DNA of 64,000 bases, from positions 416,001 to 480,000 of the forward strand of contig CAWEYG010000001.1 of NCBI GenBank assembly GCA_963813155.1. The letters are read 5' to 3'. Source of the stretch: an uncultured Acidobacteriota bacterium. Its GTDB lineage: Bacteria > Acidobacteriota > Thermoanaerobaculia > UBA5066 > DATFVB01. The number at the start of each line of letters is the position of its first letter. The first letter of the stretch is position 1. A program made the position numbers and the translations under genes. This document shows, piece by piece, positions 1 through 13,031 of the stretch. A model generated the notes under the pieces. It saw only the letters and a list, made by a program, of their open reading frames with translations. It had not been told where the DNA came from and searched no databases.

Positions 1-1317
1 CAGCCGGCCCCCTTTGTACACTTTCTCGATCGACCGGGTGTTGCGAATGTCGCGCAGCGGATCGTTTTCGAGGAGGACGAAGTCCGCCCGTTTTCCGCTC
101 TCGATGGAGCCCCGTTCCCCGTCGACGCCGAGAGACTTCGCCGACGCCAGCGTCGCCGCCCGGATCGCCCCGACCGGGTCGAAGCCCGCTCCCACGAAGT
201 CCTCGAGCTCCAGATGAAGGCCGGCGCCGGGAAACGCCCACATGTCCGTGCCCAGGGCGACTTCTCCTCCGGCGGAGCGCACCCTCCCGACGTTTTCGTA
301 GGCCGTCCGGAGGTGATCCGCGACGAATTTCGAGTTCGGATACCGCTTCCGATACGTGTCGAAGTAGGCGTCGGATCGGTAGAGCGCGAGAGTCTGTTTC
401 GAAAGCGACTCGCGGATCCGCGAATCCCCGAGCGCCCGCTCGACGAACGCGCGCGGATCGGCGAGAAAATCGTAGATGTCGAGCGTCGGGACGAAGAAGA
501 TCCTGCGCGCCTGGAGGAGGGCGGCGGTCTCCGCGTCGATCGGCTCGTCCAGAATACCGTGGGCGAGCACCGTCGCGCCGAGTCGCGCCGCCTCCCGGGC
601 GTCCTTCAGCTGCGGCGCATGCACGGCGACGCGAAGCCCCAGTTCCCCGGCCTCGGCGATCAGGGCCGCGAGAACGTCGGGCCGGATCTGCGGAAGCCGC
701 GCCAGCGGATCGCGGCACCAGCCCATGTCGTCGTCCATGATCTTGATCTCGGCGCTTCCCAGCCGCTTCGCGGCGCGAACGGACTCGCGCGCCTCTTCGG
801 GCGTCGCGGGAAATCGATTCAGGCGGCGGTCGGGCCCCTGCGAAGACCACCAGCCGCCCGGAGCCGTGAAGATCGGAGACGCGGGAAACAGGTCGGGAGA
901 CTCGAGGCTCGACCTCGACGAGAGAGCGCGCTTGCGCGATTTCTCGACGTCTTCGGCCATCCACCGCGCGGCCGTGACGCCCCAGCGAATCATCCGCTTC
1001 GCGTCGCCCCGCGAATCGACGTGCACGTGCGCGTCGACGAACCCCGGAAGGATCCACTTGCCGCTTCCGTCCATGACCTTGACGTTTCGGGCGAGCGTCA
1101 TCATGCCGCGCCGCCGCTGCGCCGTCGAAACCTCGGTGAATTTCCCGTCCTGAATCAGGATCCACGAGTCGGGAACCGGCGGGGCGCCGGTCCCGTCGAT
1201 CAGGGTGGCTCCGGTGATCACGAGGGGTCCGGGTTTTCGCTTCGGCAGCGCGCCCTCGGCGGCGAAGGCCGCGAAAACCGGGAAAAGGAGGATTGCCGCG
1301 AGACGTGCGGAGATCAA
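1..1317 (-). CDS. Amidohydrolase family protein (signal peptide; 3' end runs off window)
   Basis: Manual minus-strand translation: TTG at 1317 overlaps the purF stop (TTGA). [20 protein letters not shown]... then [20 protein letters not shown] metal motif, LGTD, and C-terminal [35 protein letters not shown]. Confidence 0.85.
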   Translation of the reverse strand, partial: MISARLAAILLFPVFAAFAAEGALPKRKPGPLVITGATLIDGTGAPPVPDSWILIQDGKFTEVSTAQRRRGMMTLARNVKVMDGSGKWILPGFVDAHVHVDSRGDAKRMIRWGVTAARWMAEDVEKSRKRALSSRSSLESPDLFPASPIFTAPGGWWSSQGPDRRLNRFPATPEEARESVRAAKRLGSAEIKIMDDDMGWCRDPLARLPQIRPDVLAALIAEAGELGLRVAVHAPQLKDAREAARLGATVLAHGILDEPIDAETAALLQARRIFFVPTLDIYDFLADPRAFVERALGDSRIRESLSKQTLALYRSDAYFDTYRKRYPNSKFVADHLRTAYENVGRVRSAGGEVALGTDMWAFPGAGLHLELEDFVGAGFDPVGAIRAATLASAKSLGVDGERGSIESGKRADFVLLENDPLRDIRNTRSIEKVYKGGRL

Positions 1318-2726
1318 TTCGACACTTCGAGACCCGCGGCCACCTCCGATGGCTCCTCGGCCTCGGCGCTCTCCGGGATTTCCACCGGGTAGTTTCCGGT
1401 GAAGCAGGCGGCGCACGTGGCGTGCTCGGGCCGGCCGAACGCCTCGAAGAGGCCCTCCGGCGAGAGGTAGCCGAGAGTGTCGGCGTCGACGTACTTCCGG
1501 ATCTCCTCCTCGGAGGAGTTCGAGGCAATGAGCTCGCGCCGCGTCGGCGTGTCGATCCCGTAGTGGCACGAGAACCGCGTCGGAGGGGAGGAGATCCGCA
1601 GGTGGACTTCCTTCGCGCCGGCGTCGCGCAGCATCTTGACGATCTTTCGCGACGTCGTTCCGCGCACGATCGAATCGTCGATCAGAACGATCCGTTTGCC
1701 GGCGACGATCTCCCGCACGGCGTTCAACTTCACCTTGACGCCGAAGCTGCGAATCGACTGTTTCGGCTCGATGAATGTCCGTCCGACGTAGTGGTTGCGG
1801 ACGAGACCCAGCCCGAGCGGAATCTTCGATTCCCGGGCGTACCCGACGGCAGCGTAGGTCCCGGAGTCGGGCACGGGCACGACGATGTCCGCTTCGACCG
1901 GATGCTCGCGGGCGAGGCGCTCGCCGAACGCTTCCCGCGAGCCCGCCACGGACTTCCCGAAGACGAGAGAGTCGGGCCGCGCGAAGTACACGTGCTCGAA
2001 CACGCACGGCGTCGGGTGGGGAAAGGCGAAGCGGATCGACTCGACGCCGGCGGCCGAGAGGCGGACGACCTCTCCGGCCTCGACGTCGCGCACGTAGCGA
2101 GCGCCGATGAGGTCGAACGCGCACGTCTCCGAGGCCACGACGGGGGCGCCTTCGAGGTCGCCGAGGACGAGCGGGCGGAGGGCATTCGGGTCGCGCGCGG
2201 CCAGGATCTCGTCCTTCGTCAGGACGACGAGCGAGTACGCTCCCTTCACTTCCGACAGCGCGTCGACAAGCGCGCCCGCGGCGCTCTCCTTCTTCGACCT
2301 CGCGAGGAGATGAAGAATCGTCTCCGAGTCGGAATTCGTCGTGAAGAGCGCGCCCTCCTTCTCGAGGCCGCGGCGAATCTCCTCCGCGTTGACGAGATTG
2401 CCGTTGTGCGCAAGCGCGAGCGGCCCCCGGCCGGACGAAAACACGATCGGCTGGGCGTTGGAGAGCGAGGAATCGCCGGCGGTCGAATAACGGACGTGGC
2501 CGATCGCCGACCTCCCCGGCAGGCGCGAGAGTCGCGCCTCGTCGAAAACGTCGGCGACGTACCCCATTTCCCTCTCGATAAAGAGGTTACCGCGATCGAT
2601 CGACGCGATCCCCGCCGACTCCTGACCCCGGTGTTGAAGCGCGTAGAGACCCAGATAGCTCAGGTTCGCGGCGTCGTCGTGCCCGAAGACGCCGAAGACT
2701 CCGCATTCGTCCCGGAACCCACCCAC
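1314..2726 (-). CDS. purF: Amidophosphoribosyltransferase
   Basis: Propeptide plus catalytic Cys (DECGVFG), [38 protein letters not shown] motif [12 protein letters not shown], and C-terminal CAACFTG Fe-S ligands. Confidence 0.97.
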   Translation of the reverse strand: MGGFRDECGVFGVFGHDDAANLSYLGLYALQHRGQESAGIASIDRGNLFIEREMGYVADVFDEARLSRLPGRSAIGHVRYSTAGDSSLSNAQPIVFSSGRGPLALAHNGNLVNAEEIRRGLEKEGALFTTNSDSETILHLLARSKKESAAGALVDALSEVKGAYSLVVLTKDEILAARDPNALRPLVLGDLEGAPVVASETCAFDLIGARYVRDVEAGEVVRLSAAGVESIRFAFPHPTPCVFEHVYFARPDSLVFGKSVAGSREAFGERLAREHPVEADIVVPVPDSGTYAAVGYARESKIPLGLGLVRNHYVGRTFIEPKQSIRSFGVKVKLNAVREIVAGKRIVLIDDSIVRGTTSRKIVKMLRDAGAKEVHLRISSPPTRFSCHYGIDTPTRRELIASNSSEEEIRKYVDADTLGYLSPEGLFEAFGRPEHATCAACFTGNYPVEIPESAEAEEPSEVAAGLEVSN

Positions 2727-2732
2727 GAAGGA

Positions 2733-2741
2733 ATTGTATCA
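2733..2741 (-). promoter_or_regulatory. Extended -10 (TGaTACAAT) 6 nt upstream of the purF GTG; leaderless-type promoter
   Basis: Minus strand reads TGATACAAT-TCCTTC-GTG with no Shine-Dalgarno. Confidence 0.55.
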
Positions 2742-2770
2742 CCCTCGTAGAGAGGCGCCGCGCCGAGTCC

Positions 2771-2798
2771 TTGCAAACGCGGAAAGTTGCGATAACCT
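2771..2798 (+). promoter_or_regulatory. Putative sigma70 promoter for the TonB-dependent receptor
   Basis: TTGCAA-16 nt-TAACCT, followed by an AAGGAGG RBS before GTG 2829. Confidence 0.4.
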
Positions 2799-2828
2799 AT
2801 CGCCAGTTTTACTTAAAGGAGGATTTCA

Positions 2829-5507
2829 GTGAAGAGGATGGTTCTGCCCCTGTGTCTGATTTTCGCCGTTGCACTGGTCGCGATGTGTCCGTCGACAGTC
2901 ATTGGCGCGTCGACGACCGGCGCGCTGTTCGGAACCGCGGTCGACGATCAGGGACACGGCGCCCCGGGAGTCACCGTCACGATTTCGAGCAAAGCGCTCC
3001 AGGGCATCCGCTCGATGACGACGAAGGGAGACGGGGAATTCAATTTCCCTCTCCTGCCGCCCGGCACGTATCACGCGGACTTCGTCGCGTCGGGAATGCA
3101 ATCGGTCTCTCAGTCGAACATCGTGGTCTCCCTGGAACAGCAGACCAAGATCAACGTGACGATGCGGGTTGCCAAGGTGTCGGAGTCGGTCAGCGTCGTC
3201 GGAAACTCCGAAGTCATCGACCCGACCCAGACCGGAATTCAGCAGAACTTCAAGACCGACTACCTGGAATACAGCTCGGTCGGCCAGGGAAACAGGTCAT
3301 ATCAGTCGGCCGTCCTGCAGGCACCGGGAGTCGTCGATTCCGGCGACGGAAATCCGCAGATCTTCGGCGCCAATGAAGGCCAGAACAGCTACCTGATCGA
3401 CGGGTTGAATACGACCGATCCGGTCACCCACACGTTCGAGCTGAACTTCGGCTTCGACGCGATTCAGGAAATCTCCGTGATGAACGGCTTCGAGGCGGAG
3501 TACGGAAAGGCCGTCGGCGGCATCATCAACGTCGTGACGAAGTCCGGCGGAAATCAGCTCGCCGGAAGCCTCGACGTGCGCTACCGGAACCAGAACTTCA
3601 GCCAGAACGGGGACCATTTCAAGAGATCCGACCGCCCGTACGAGAGGATCAACCCCGAGGCGTCTCTCGGCGGCCCGATCGTGAAGGACAGGCTCTGGTT
3701 CTTCCTCGACGCGCAGCGCAACATCAACGAAACCCAGTATCAGAACCTCTTCGGGTTCAAGCCGCTGCGCAGCGACGACTTCGGGTGGAACCTCTTCGGC
3801 AAGGTCACCGGGACGGTGGCACCGAGCCAGACCACGACGTTCCGCTACACGAACTCGTACGCCGATTTCCCTTCGGACGACGGCAACCCGAGCTTCGTCC
3901 AGCCGGAAGCGGCGAGCGACCAGTACCAGAAAGTCCAGATCTACAACCTTTCCCATGACGCGGTCTTCAACGAGAACTGGCTCGCGAACATCCAGGCCGG
4001 GATCGACGACTCGTACCTCATCAACCAGCCCCACAGCGGGAACCGGGCGCTCACCGGCGTCGTCGACCTCGTGACCGGCATCGATTCGGTCAACGACACG
4101 AATTACCAGAAAAGCGAGCGGAACCGCATCGACGTCATGGGCTCGACGACGTTCCTGTTCAACGCGGCCGGAAGCCACGCCGTGAAGGTCGGCTTCGACA
4201 TCGAACAGACGACTTTCCGCGAGGTCAACGACGCAACCGGCACGCCGATCGACCCGTCAATGTGCTCGCCGGACAACTTCCAGCCGGCGGGAGCGACCTG
4301 CGGAGCGGTCGACTATCGGGCCCAGGGCGCCCCGTACCTTTACATCGTTCAGACGAACCTTCCGATCTCCGAATTCAAGGGACACGGCCAGTCGTATTAC
4401 GTCCAGGACGAGTGGAAACCGTCTTCGCGGCTCAGCGCAAACCTCGGCGTCCGGTACGACCAGGTGCATTTCACTGGCGGTTCGACCGACAAGACGCTGA
4501 ACCGCTTCCAACCGCGCCTGGGCGTCGCCTACGACGTTTTCAACGACTCCTCGCTCGTCTTCAGCGCGAACGCCGGCCAGTTCATGGACGACAACGCGCT
4601 CACGCTGCCGGCCTACCTCAACAAGATCGGTGCGGTCAGCTCGGAATTCGGATTCGATCCCAGTACGTCGAGCTACGAGTTCCTCGGGGCCTTCGGCGGG
4701 CCCGCCGGCAACGAGATCGACCCGTCGCTGCGTGCGACCTACACCGAGGAAGTCAACGTCGGCGTTACAAAGAGGGTCTTCTCCAACGCCAGCGTCGGCG
4801 TGACGGGGATCTACCGTCACAACAAGAACATCTTCGAGGACTCCTGCAAGGTCGCGCCGTACGATTGCTCGAGCGATCCGACGTACTGGCTGACGAATAA
4901 GCCGGGCGGACAGGACCTGCTGAAATCGCAATACCGCGCCCTCGTCTTCAAGTTCGAGGGACGGCCCACCGTGAACTCGAACATCCTCCTGAGCTACACG
5001 CTCGCGAGATCCGAGGGCTCCGTCGAGTACACGCAGAACCAGTCCTACGATTTCGACGTCTTCCCGGTGCACTTCGTCAACCGGTACGGATACCTGTCCG
5101 ACGACGCCCGGCACCGCGTCAAGCTCTCCGGCTTCTACCGCCTGCCGTGGCAGATCGTCGCGGGGACGACGTTTTACTGGGACAGCGGGACCCCCTACAA
5201 TGTCTTCCTTCCCTCTCCCCCTCCCGCCAATTACGGAAACGAGTACCTCGAGCCGCGGGGCTCCCGCCGGCTCCCCCACTACTATGAGTGGGACCTGCAG
5301 CTCCAGAAGGGCTTCGACTTCGGGCCGATGCATGCGAGCCTGATCGCGAGCATCCTGAATCTTCTCAACACGGAGATCCCGACCTCCCGCGATGGAAGCG
5401 TCGGCAGCGGCGGCACGCTCGCCGATCCCACGAATCCGGACTTCAACAAGACGACGACGTGGCAGACGCCCCGTCGATTCGAGGTGGGCCTCCGCGTCAC
5501 GTTCTGA
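2829..5507 (+). CDS. TonB-dependent receptor with N-terminal carboxypeptidase-regulatory-like domain (Oar-like)
   Basis: Signal peptide; GTAVDDQG..PGVTVTI; plug motifs NSYLIDGLNTTDP and AEYGKAVGGIINVVTKSGGN; LGGPIVKDRLWFF; YVQDEWK..NLGVRYD; C-terminal PRRFEVGLRVTF. Confidence 0.93.
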   Translation: MKRMVLPLCLIFAVALVAMCPSTVIGASTTGALFGTAVDDQGHGAPGVTVTISSKALQGIRSMTTKGDGEFNFPLLPPGTYHADFVASGMQSVSQSNIVVSLEQQTKINVTMRVAKVSESVSVVGNSEVIDPTQTGIQQNFKTDYLEYSSVGQGNRSYQSAVLQAPGVVDSGDGNPQIFGANEGQNSYLIDGLNTTDPVTHTFELNFGFDAIQEISVMNGFEAEYGKAVGGIINVVTKSGGNQLAGSLDVRYRNQNFSQNGDHFKRSDRPYERINPEASLGGPIVKDRLWFFLDAQRNINETQYQNLFGFKPLRSDDFGWNLFGKVTGTVAPSQTTTFRYTNSYADFPSDDGNPSFVQPEAASDQYQKVQIYNLSHDAVFNENWLANIQAGIDDSYLINQPHSGNRALTGVVDLVTGIDSVNDTNYQKSERNRIDVMGSTTFLFNAAGSHAVKVGFDIEQTTFREVNDATGTPIDPSMCSPDNFQPAGATCGAVDYRAQGAPYLYIVQTNLPISEFKGHGQSYYVQDEWKPSSRLSANLGVRYDQVHFTGGSTDKTLNRFQPRLGVAYDVFNDSSLVFSANAGQFMDDNALTLPAYLNKIGAVSSEFGFDPSTSSYEFLGAFGGPAGNEIDPSLRATYTEEVNVGVTKRVFSNASVGVTGIYRHNKNIFEDSCKVAPYDCSSDPTYWLTNKPGGQDLLKSQYRALVFKFEGRPTVNSNILLSYTLARSEGSVEYTQNQSYDFDVFPVHFVNRYGYLSDDARHRVKLSGFYRLPWQIVAGTTFYWDSGTPYNVFLPSPPPANYGNEYLEPRGSRRLPHYYEWDLQLQKGFDFGPMHASLIASILNLLNTEIPTSRDGSVGSGGTLADPTNPDFNKTTTWQTPRRFEVGLRVTF

Positions 5508-5527
5508 GTCCCTCTCTCCCGGATTCG

Positions 5528-5556
5528 AAAGGAGGCCGAAAGGCCTCCTTTTTTTT
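5528..5556 (+). terminator. Intrinsic terminator
   Basis: GGAGGCC-GAAA-GGCCTCC followed by T8. Confidence 0.9.
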
Positions 5557-5602
5557 CGGGTCGCCGCAGGCCGGCGATACGATGGGGCCGGAGGGACGCA
5601 AC

Positions 5603-6067
5603 ATGGCAAAGCCGAAGACACCGCTTTCGCAGCTCTCCTACGGCCTGTACGTCGTGGGAACGAAGGACGGGGAAGCGCCCCACGGCATGACCGCGAACTG
5701 GCTGACGCAGGTCTCCTTCGAGCCGGAGCTCGTCGCGCTCGCGGTGGAAAAGGACGCCCAGTCCCGGAAGATGATCGAGACGTCGCGAGTGTTCTCCGTC
5801 TCGATCCTGAAATCGGGCCAGAAGGAGATCGCCGGCGACTTCGCAAAGGCCCACAAGGACCAGCAGCAGAACACCCGTTTCGTTCAGAAAAAGACCGGCG
5901 CCCCGATCCTCTCGGATTGCGCCGCGTACCTGGACTGCCGCGTCGTCGACTCGCATCCCGCGGGAGACCACGTGATCTTCTTCGGCGAGGTCGTCGATTC
6001 GGGGATCCTCGACGAATCCGCCGATCCGCTGACGCTCAAGGAGACCGGGTGGAGGTACGGGGGATGA
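5603..6067 (+). CDS. Flavin reductase family protein (FMN-binding split barrel)
   Basis: ATG 5603 after GGAGG; YGLYVVG, GMTANWLTQVSFEP, GAPILSDCAAYLDC, AGDHVIFFGEV, GWRYGG. Confidence 0.9.
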   Translation: MAKPKTPLSQLSYGLYVVGTKDGEAPHGMTANWLTQVSFEPELVALAVEKDAQSRKMIETSRVFSVSILKSGQKEIAGDFAKAHKDQQQNTRFVQKKTGAPILSDCAAYLDCRVVDSHPAGDHVIFFGEVVDSGILDESADPLTLKETGWRYGG

Positions 6068-6077
6068 AGAGAGACGC

Positions 6078-6380
6078 CTAGAACCCCGGCAGGACGTGCG
6101 CGCGAGTGAGGACGTCCTCGAGGATCCCGCCGATCAGCAGGAAGAGCCACAGGAGCCCCGCGCCCGCGAAGAGCCACGTCAGGCGGCTCGACCATTTCGC
6201 CTCCATGAAGAACGTCACGACGAGCCCCGCCTTCACGAGCGCGATCGCGAGCGCGACGACGATGTTAAACGGGCCGAGGTCGATCTGCGCGGCCGCGTAC
6301 GTGAGGACGAGCAGCACCATGAGCGCCGCCGCGATCGCAAAATAGACCGCCCGGGAGACGACGTGGACGCTGGTCGTCAC
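6078..6380 (-). CDS. ctaF: Cytochrome c oxidase subunit IV
   Basis: 100 aa with 3 hydrophobic segments and IALVKAGLVVTFFM motif; last gene of the oxidase operon. Confidence 0.85.
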   Translation of the reverse strand: MTTSVHVVSRAVYFAIAAALMVLLVLTYAAAQIDLGPFNIVVALAIALVKAGLVVTFFMEAKWSSRLTWLFAGAGLLWLFLLIGGILEDVLTRAHVLPGF

Positions 6381-6401
6381 GGTGCTCGATCGGGTGCTCG
6401 C

Positions 6402-7039
6402 TCATTTTCTCGCTCCCACGAGGTAGAGCAGCGGGTAGAGGAAAATCCAGACGATGTCGACGAAATGCCAGTACAGGCCGCCGACGACGACCGGCGTGTG
6501 GTATTCGGGCGAAAAACGCCCCGCGCGCGCGGCCAGCAGCAGCCACGTCATGATCCCGAGCCCGATGATCATGTGCAGCGCGTGCATTCCCGTCATGCAG
6601 AAATAGAAGCCGTAGAAAAGGGGCGCGTGGACGGGATCGGCGCCCTGGAAGAGCAAAATGCGCGCCGGGAACATGATGGTCGCGGAACTCGGCCGTCCAC
6701 TCGATCGCCTTGAAGCCGAGAAAGAGCGTTCCGAAGGCCATCGTCGCGACGAGAAATGCGATCAGCGACTTGCGCCGGTTCGTCTGGGACGCGTGAACGG
6801 CGAGCGCCATCGTGAGGCTCGACAGGATGAGAACCGCCGTGTTGACGCTGCCGATGCGGAGGTTGAGCTGCGCGCTCGCCGCGCGGAACGCCGCCGGATA
6901 GAGCGCCCGGTAGACCGTGTAACCCGCGAACATCCCCCCGAAGAAGAGCATCTCGGTCACGAGGAACGTCCACATTCCGAGCGTTCCCGCCTCGCGCTGT
7001 TGCGCCGCGTCCTCGAACTGGTGCGCGAAAGAGGAATGC

Positions 7040-7047
<8 letters not shown>
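6402..7047 (-). CDS. ctaE: Cytochrome c oxidase subunit III (one frameshift near 6660)
   Basis: [36 protein letters not shown] in one frame; [33 protein letters not shown] in another. Confidence 0.9.
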
Positions 7048-8664
<1,617 letters not shown>

Positions 8665-8668
<4 letters not shown>

Positions 8669-9597
8669 GGGGTCGTCCCTTTCGATTCAATATACGCGAT
8701 CAATTGCAGGACCTGGCTCTCCGACAGCTGGCCCTGGTAGGTCGGCATCGTCGGCCGATAGCCCTTGACGATCTTTGCGCGCGGGTTCAAAAGCGACTCG
8801 CGAATGTAGCCGGCGTCCTGAACGACCCGCTGCCCGCCCTCGAGCTCGACGAGCGTCCCGAACGACCCTTCGAGGCGAGGCGCGTTCAACCGATCGTCGT
8901 GGCAGGTCGCGCAGTTGAGCGTCGCGTAGAGTTTCCCGCCGCTCGCGGCCATCGACGGGGTGCGAGGTTCCCGGGACAGCCACGCCTGGAAATCCGAGGG
9001 CTCCATCACGACGACCCGGCCGATCATCCCCGAGTGATTCGTGCCGCAGTACTGGTTGCAGAAGAGATGGAACTCCCCCGTCTTCGTCGCCTGGAACCAC
9101 TCGGTCGTGTACCGGCCCGGAAGGACGTCCCGCTTGATGCGGAAAGCCGGAACGGCGAAGTCGTGGATCACGTCCTCCGAGGTCAGGATCAGCTTGACCG
9201 GGACGCCGAGCGGGACGTGGAGCTCGTTGATCTCGCTCTTGCCCTCCGGGTGCTGAACCTTCCACATCCACTGTTTCCCGACGACGTACACCGGCATCGA
9301 GTCGACGGGCGCGCGCGCCCCCTTCAGAAAGACGCTTGCTCCCCAGAAAAACATGACCGTCACGAGAACGAGGGGAATCCCCGTCCACACGATCTCGAGC
9401 GGAAGCGATCCGTGGATCTCGGCCGGCCTCTCGTCGTCGGAACGGCGTCGATACTTGATCGCGAAGTACGCGACGCAAAGGAAGATCAGGGTCGAGAAGA
9501 AAACCGTCACCCCGATCAAGAAAAAAAACAGCGCGTCGACCGAGCCGGCGAGCGTCGAGGCGCGCTCCGGAAAGAGGGGAAACGTGATCAGGGGCAT
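8665..9597 (-). CDS. ctaC: Cytochrome c oxidase subunit II with C-terminal cytochrome c domain (caa3-type)
   Basis: ATG 9597 ([11 protein letters not shown]); LEIVWT; QWMW; CuA ligands [18 protein letters not shown]; CATCH heme motif. Confidence 0.95.
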
Positions 9598-10421
9598 TTT
9601 CGGTCCCGCCGAAACATCACGATCATGAACGTCCCGAGCGTCAACACCGTCGCGAGCCCTCCCAGCCGGACGACCCGCATGACGATCCAGCCGTACTTCC
9701 CGGTCGTCGGGTCGTAGTGCGAGCAGTACAGAAGCACGCGGTCGACCGGGGAGCCGATTCGCCCTTGCGACGCCTCGACGATCGAGAGCCGCAGGTCGCG
9801 GGCGGAGTATTCGAGCCCGTAGAAATAGCGCGCCATCCGCCCCTGCGGCGTCGCCAGGAGAAGGCCGGCGGCGTGGGAAAAGCCGCCCGTCTCCCGGTCC
9901 TCGGAATAGCGGAATCCCGCCGCGCGAGCGACGCGCCCCGAGGCCGCCCGCTCCCCCGTGAGAAAGTGAACGCCCGCGGCGGCGCCCGACCGCCCGTATT
10001 CGGCGAGAAACTCCTTCTTCTTCACGGCCGCCTCCGCCGCCGTGTCGGACGGATCGATCGAGATCGCGACGAGCTCGAACTCCCGGCCCGGAGTGTAGGA
10101 GAGCGCCCGGAGCGTCCGGACGGTTCCGTTCAGGACGTACGTGCACAGCATCGGACACTTGAAATACGTGAATTCGAGAACGACCGGCCGCCCGCCGAAA
10201 TACCGCCCGAGTCTCACGGGCGAGCCCGATTCGTCCCGAAACGGCGCGTCGAGCGGGAGCTGCGCGTCGAGCCGTTGTTCGATCGAAACGTCCGCAAGCG
10301 CCGCCGAAGCCGAACCGGACGGCGGGGCCGTCGAGGGCGCGAGGCCGCCGTCGGCGGCCTGGGCCAGCGCGTTCGCCGCGACGGCCACGATCAGGAGCGC
10401 GAGCGCCAGGATCCGCCTCAT
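9588..10421 (-). CDS. SCO1/SenC family copper chaperone
   Basis: ATG 10421 with signal peptide; YFKCPMLC (CxxxC); FSHAAG His; C-terminal LYC..YDP and TM helix; lies between ACIII and oxidase genes. Confidence 0.88.
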   Translation of the reverse strand: MRRILALALLIVAVAANALAQAADGGLAPSTAPPSGSASAALADVSIEQRLDAQLPLDAPFRDESGSPVRLGRYFGGRPVVLEFTYFKCPMLCTYVLNGTVRTLRALSYTPGREFELVAISIDPSDTAAEAAVKKKEFLAEYGRSGAAAGVHFLTGERAASGRVARAAGFRYSEDRETGGFSHAAGLLLATPQGRMARYFYGLEYSARDLRLSIVEASQGRIGSPVDRVLLYCSHYDPTTGKYGWIVMRVVRLGGLATVLTLGTFMIVMFRRDRKCP

Positions 10422-10765
10422 CGCGACGGGAGACCTTTCGCGAGGATCCTCTTCTTCGCTTCGTCGATCGGAACCCGGACGATGCCGTGCGCCCGGTCGA
10501 CCCATCCGTAGCTCTGAAGGATCGCGAGATCGCGGGCTCGAAGCGCCGCCATGTCGTCCGCGGGAGAGGTCTGCAGCCGCGGCTCGGGAGGGGGCGCCTC
10601 GACCGCCAGGGGCGATCGCCGCTCCCGTCCCGGAGGGGATCGACGCGCCATCCGTCCGATCGTCAACTGGGCGGTCAGCGCGATGGCGCCGACGATCCCG
10701 ACCAGAACGGCGCCCAGGACCGCAATGGCCCGGAGATCGACGTCGGTCCGCCGGCCTTCAGGCAT
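10418..10765 (-). CDS. actG: Alternative complex III small subunit (ActG-like)
   Basis: One TM helix, PPEPRLQ and YGWVDR..GIVRVPIDEA motifs; follows actF. Confidence 0.7.
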   Translation of the reverse strand: MPEGRRTDVDLRAIAVLGAVLVGIVGAIALTAQLTIGRMARRSPPGRERRSPLAVEAPPPEPRLQTSPADDMAALRARDLAILQSYGWVDRAHGIVRVPIDEAKKRILAKGLPSR

Positions 10766-11907
10766 GTTCCGCGCTCCCTTCGATCCGGGCGTCGTGCAAC
10801 GCGAGGAACGGCCGCCGATCGAGCTGGTAGGAAAAGGCGGCGAACCAGATCGCGCCGAGGCCCGCCGGGACGATCACGTCCATCCACGACACGTAAATGC
10901 CGCGCGGATGGAAGACGGGCTCGACCATCCAGATGAGATCCAGGACGCGCAGCGCCAGCACCCATCCCGCGACCGCGGAGAGCCGCCGCAGGTCGGCTTT
11001 CACCCGGCGGGAGAGCAGCAGCAGGAACGGCGATCCGAAATAGAAGAGGAGGAGACCGAGCGAAACGAATTTCCAGCTCGTCTTCAGGCGAGGGAGATAC
11101 CACGGGATCTCCTCCGGCAGGTTCCCCATCCACGTGATGATCAGCTGCGAGAACGCCATGTACGCCCACAGCATCAGGAACATGAACAGCAGGTTGCCGA
11201 GATCCCGAAAGACCGCCGAGCCGGTCCTCTCCGCGAAGCGCTCGTCGTCCGACAGCAGGCGCACGCAAACGATGACGAACGCCATCGTCGAGACGCCGTG
11301 GCCGACCATGAAGATCATGCCGAAGATCGACGAATACCAGTGGGGCATCAACGACATGACCCAGTCCACCGAGGCGAAGAACGTCGTGATCCCGTAGAGG
11401 ATCAGACCGGGAGCCGAGAGCCGCTGCATCCGGACCGCGAGCGCGGGATCGTCCGTGCGATCCTGCTCGAGCGACCAGCGGTTCAGAAAATGCGCGAGCG
11501 CGATCCAGACCGCGAACAGGAGCGCCGCGCGGATCGCGAAGAAGCCCGGGTTCAGATACGCGGCCTTTCCGATCAGGACGGGATCGGCGGCGACTTCCGC
11601 GGGTCGCGCCCACGAAAAAACGTACCGTCGCCCAAAGAACACCGGGAGAAAGAGCAGGGTGAGCAGCGGGAAACGTGCGCGTCGCAGCCTCGAGGATCCG
11701 CCGGAGAACGAAACCCCACTTGCCGCCCACCAGGTGGTAGAGCATCAGGATCGCGAGGCTGCCGAGCGCGACGCCGACCCAGAGCAGATAGCCCACGAGG
11801 TACGAGTGGAAGAACTGGGCGGGATTCGCGAATCCGGCGAGGCCGCAAACGGCGAGAGCGGCGAGGCCGGACACGAGCGCCGGGCGGCGCAGCTTCGTGG
11901 GGCTCAC
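10758..11907 (-). CDS. actF: Alternative complex III subunit F (frameshift near 11620-11670)
   Basis: GTG 11907 overlaps the actE stop. N-part [25 protein letters not shown]; C-part [42 protein letters not shown]. Confidence 0.88.
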
Positions 11908-12491
11908 CGCTGGGCCTCCAGCTTCGCTCGCTCCGAGCCGGGGATGTCGGAGAGCGGAACGTTCTGCGACTGCTGAAGGGCGCGGATGTAAGCGGCGATC
12001 GCCCACCGGTCTTCGGGCGAGACCCGCGACCGGTACTCGAACATCGCTCCGAAACCGTTCGTCATCACTTCGACGAAGTGGCCGGCAGGCGCCTGCCTCA
12101 GACGGTCCGTGTGGAACGAAGGGGGCGCCTTGAAACCGCGCTGGACGATCATTCCATTTCCCGATCCCGTCGCGCCGTGGCAGACCGAGCAGAAGATCTC
12201 GTAACGCTGCTGGCCCCGGTCGAGAACCGCGGCCGTCACGGGGAACGGAAAGCGGTCCGCGACGAGGCCGTTGAGCTTCCCTGTCGACAGCAGCTCGTCG
12301 GGCCGGTTCCCTCCCCACGGAACCGTGTCCTCCGGCAGCGGGCGCGAGGCGCGTCCGTCCGCGAAGAACGTGCTCGCCTGGAGCGGCTTGTATTTCGGCT
12401 GGTTGAACATGTCCTGCCGGCAGGCGGTCGGCGCCACGAGCGAGAGAGCCACCAGGGCGAGACGGGGGTATCTCGTGAGGACCCCTCTCAC
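11904..12491 (-). CDS. actE: Alternative complex III subunit E (monoheme c lipoprotein)
   Basis: Lipobox PTAC followed by [12 protein letters not shown]; CSVCH; [17 protein letters not shown]. Confidence 0.9.
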   Translation of the reverse strand: MRGVLTRYPRLALVALSLVAPTACRQDMFNQPKYKPLQASTFFADGRASRPLPEDTVPWGGNRPDELLSTGKLNGLVADRFPFPVTAAVLDRGQQRYEIFCSVCHGATGSGNGMIVQRGFKAPPSFHTDRLRQAPAGHFVEVMTNGFGAMFEYRSRVSPEDRWAIAAYIRALQQSQNVPLSDIPGSERAKLEAQR

Positions 12492-13031
12492 CACTCCACC
12501 TCCGCGACGGAATCCGGCGACAGCGATTCGAGGAATTCGACGCGTGCGATTGCGGTCGAAGCTCGCGTCCTTCGACTTGATGCACAGGAAGAACCGGTCG
12601 CGCGACGCGCGCTCGAACCGGTCCACGTTGAAGAGCGGGTGGTACGGCGTCGGAAGCCCGTTCATCGCGAGAAGCCCGAAAAACGCGAACGTCGCGGCGC
12701 CGAGAATCGTCAGCTCGAAGGTGATCGGGATGAACGCCGGCCAGCTGTTGAGGGGGCGTCCTCCGATATTCACCGGGTAGGCGATCCCCGCCGCGTAGAA
12801 CTGGAGGAAAAAGCCCGTCATCGCGCCGAGCGCGCCTCCGGCGAACACGACCCATCCCAGCCGCGTGTGGCGGAACCCGATCGCGTCGGCGAGCCCCTCG
12901 ACCGGCATCGGGGTGTAGGCGTCGACGGCGCGGAAGCCCGCCTCTCGCGCGCGGTGCGCGGCTGCAAGAAGAGCCTCCGGCTTCTCGAATTCGGCGAGGA
13001 GGCCGTAGACGGGAGGGCGCAGCGGCTTCAT
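12488..13031 (-). CDS. actD: Alternative complex III subunit D (DUF3341; extra base near 12540)
   Basis: [46 protein letters not shown]; the native end [16 protein letters not shown] is in a shifted frame. Confidence 0.9.
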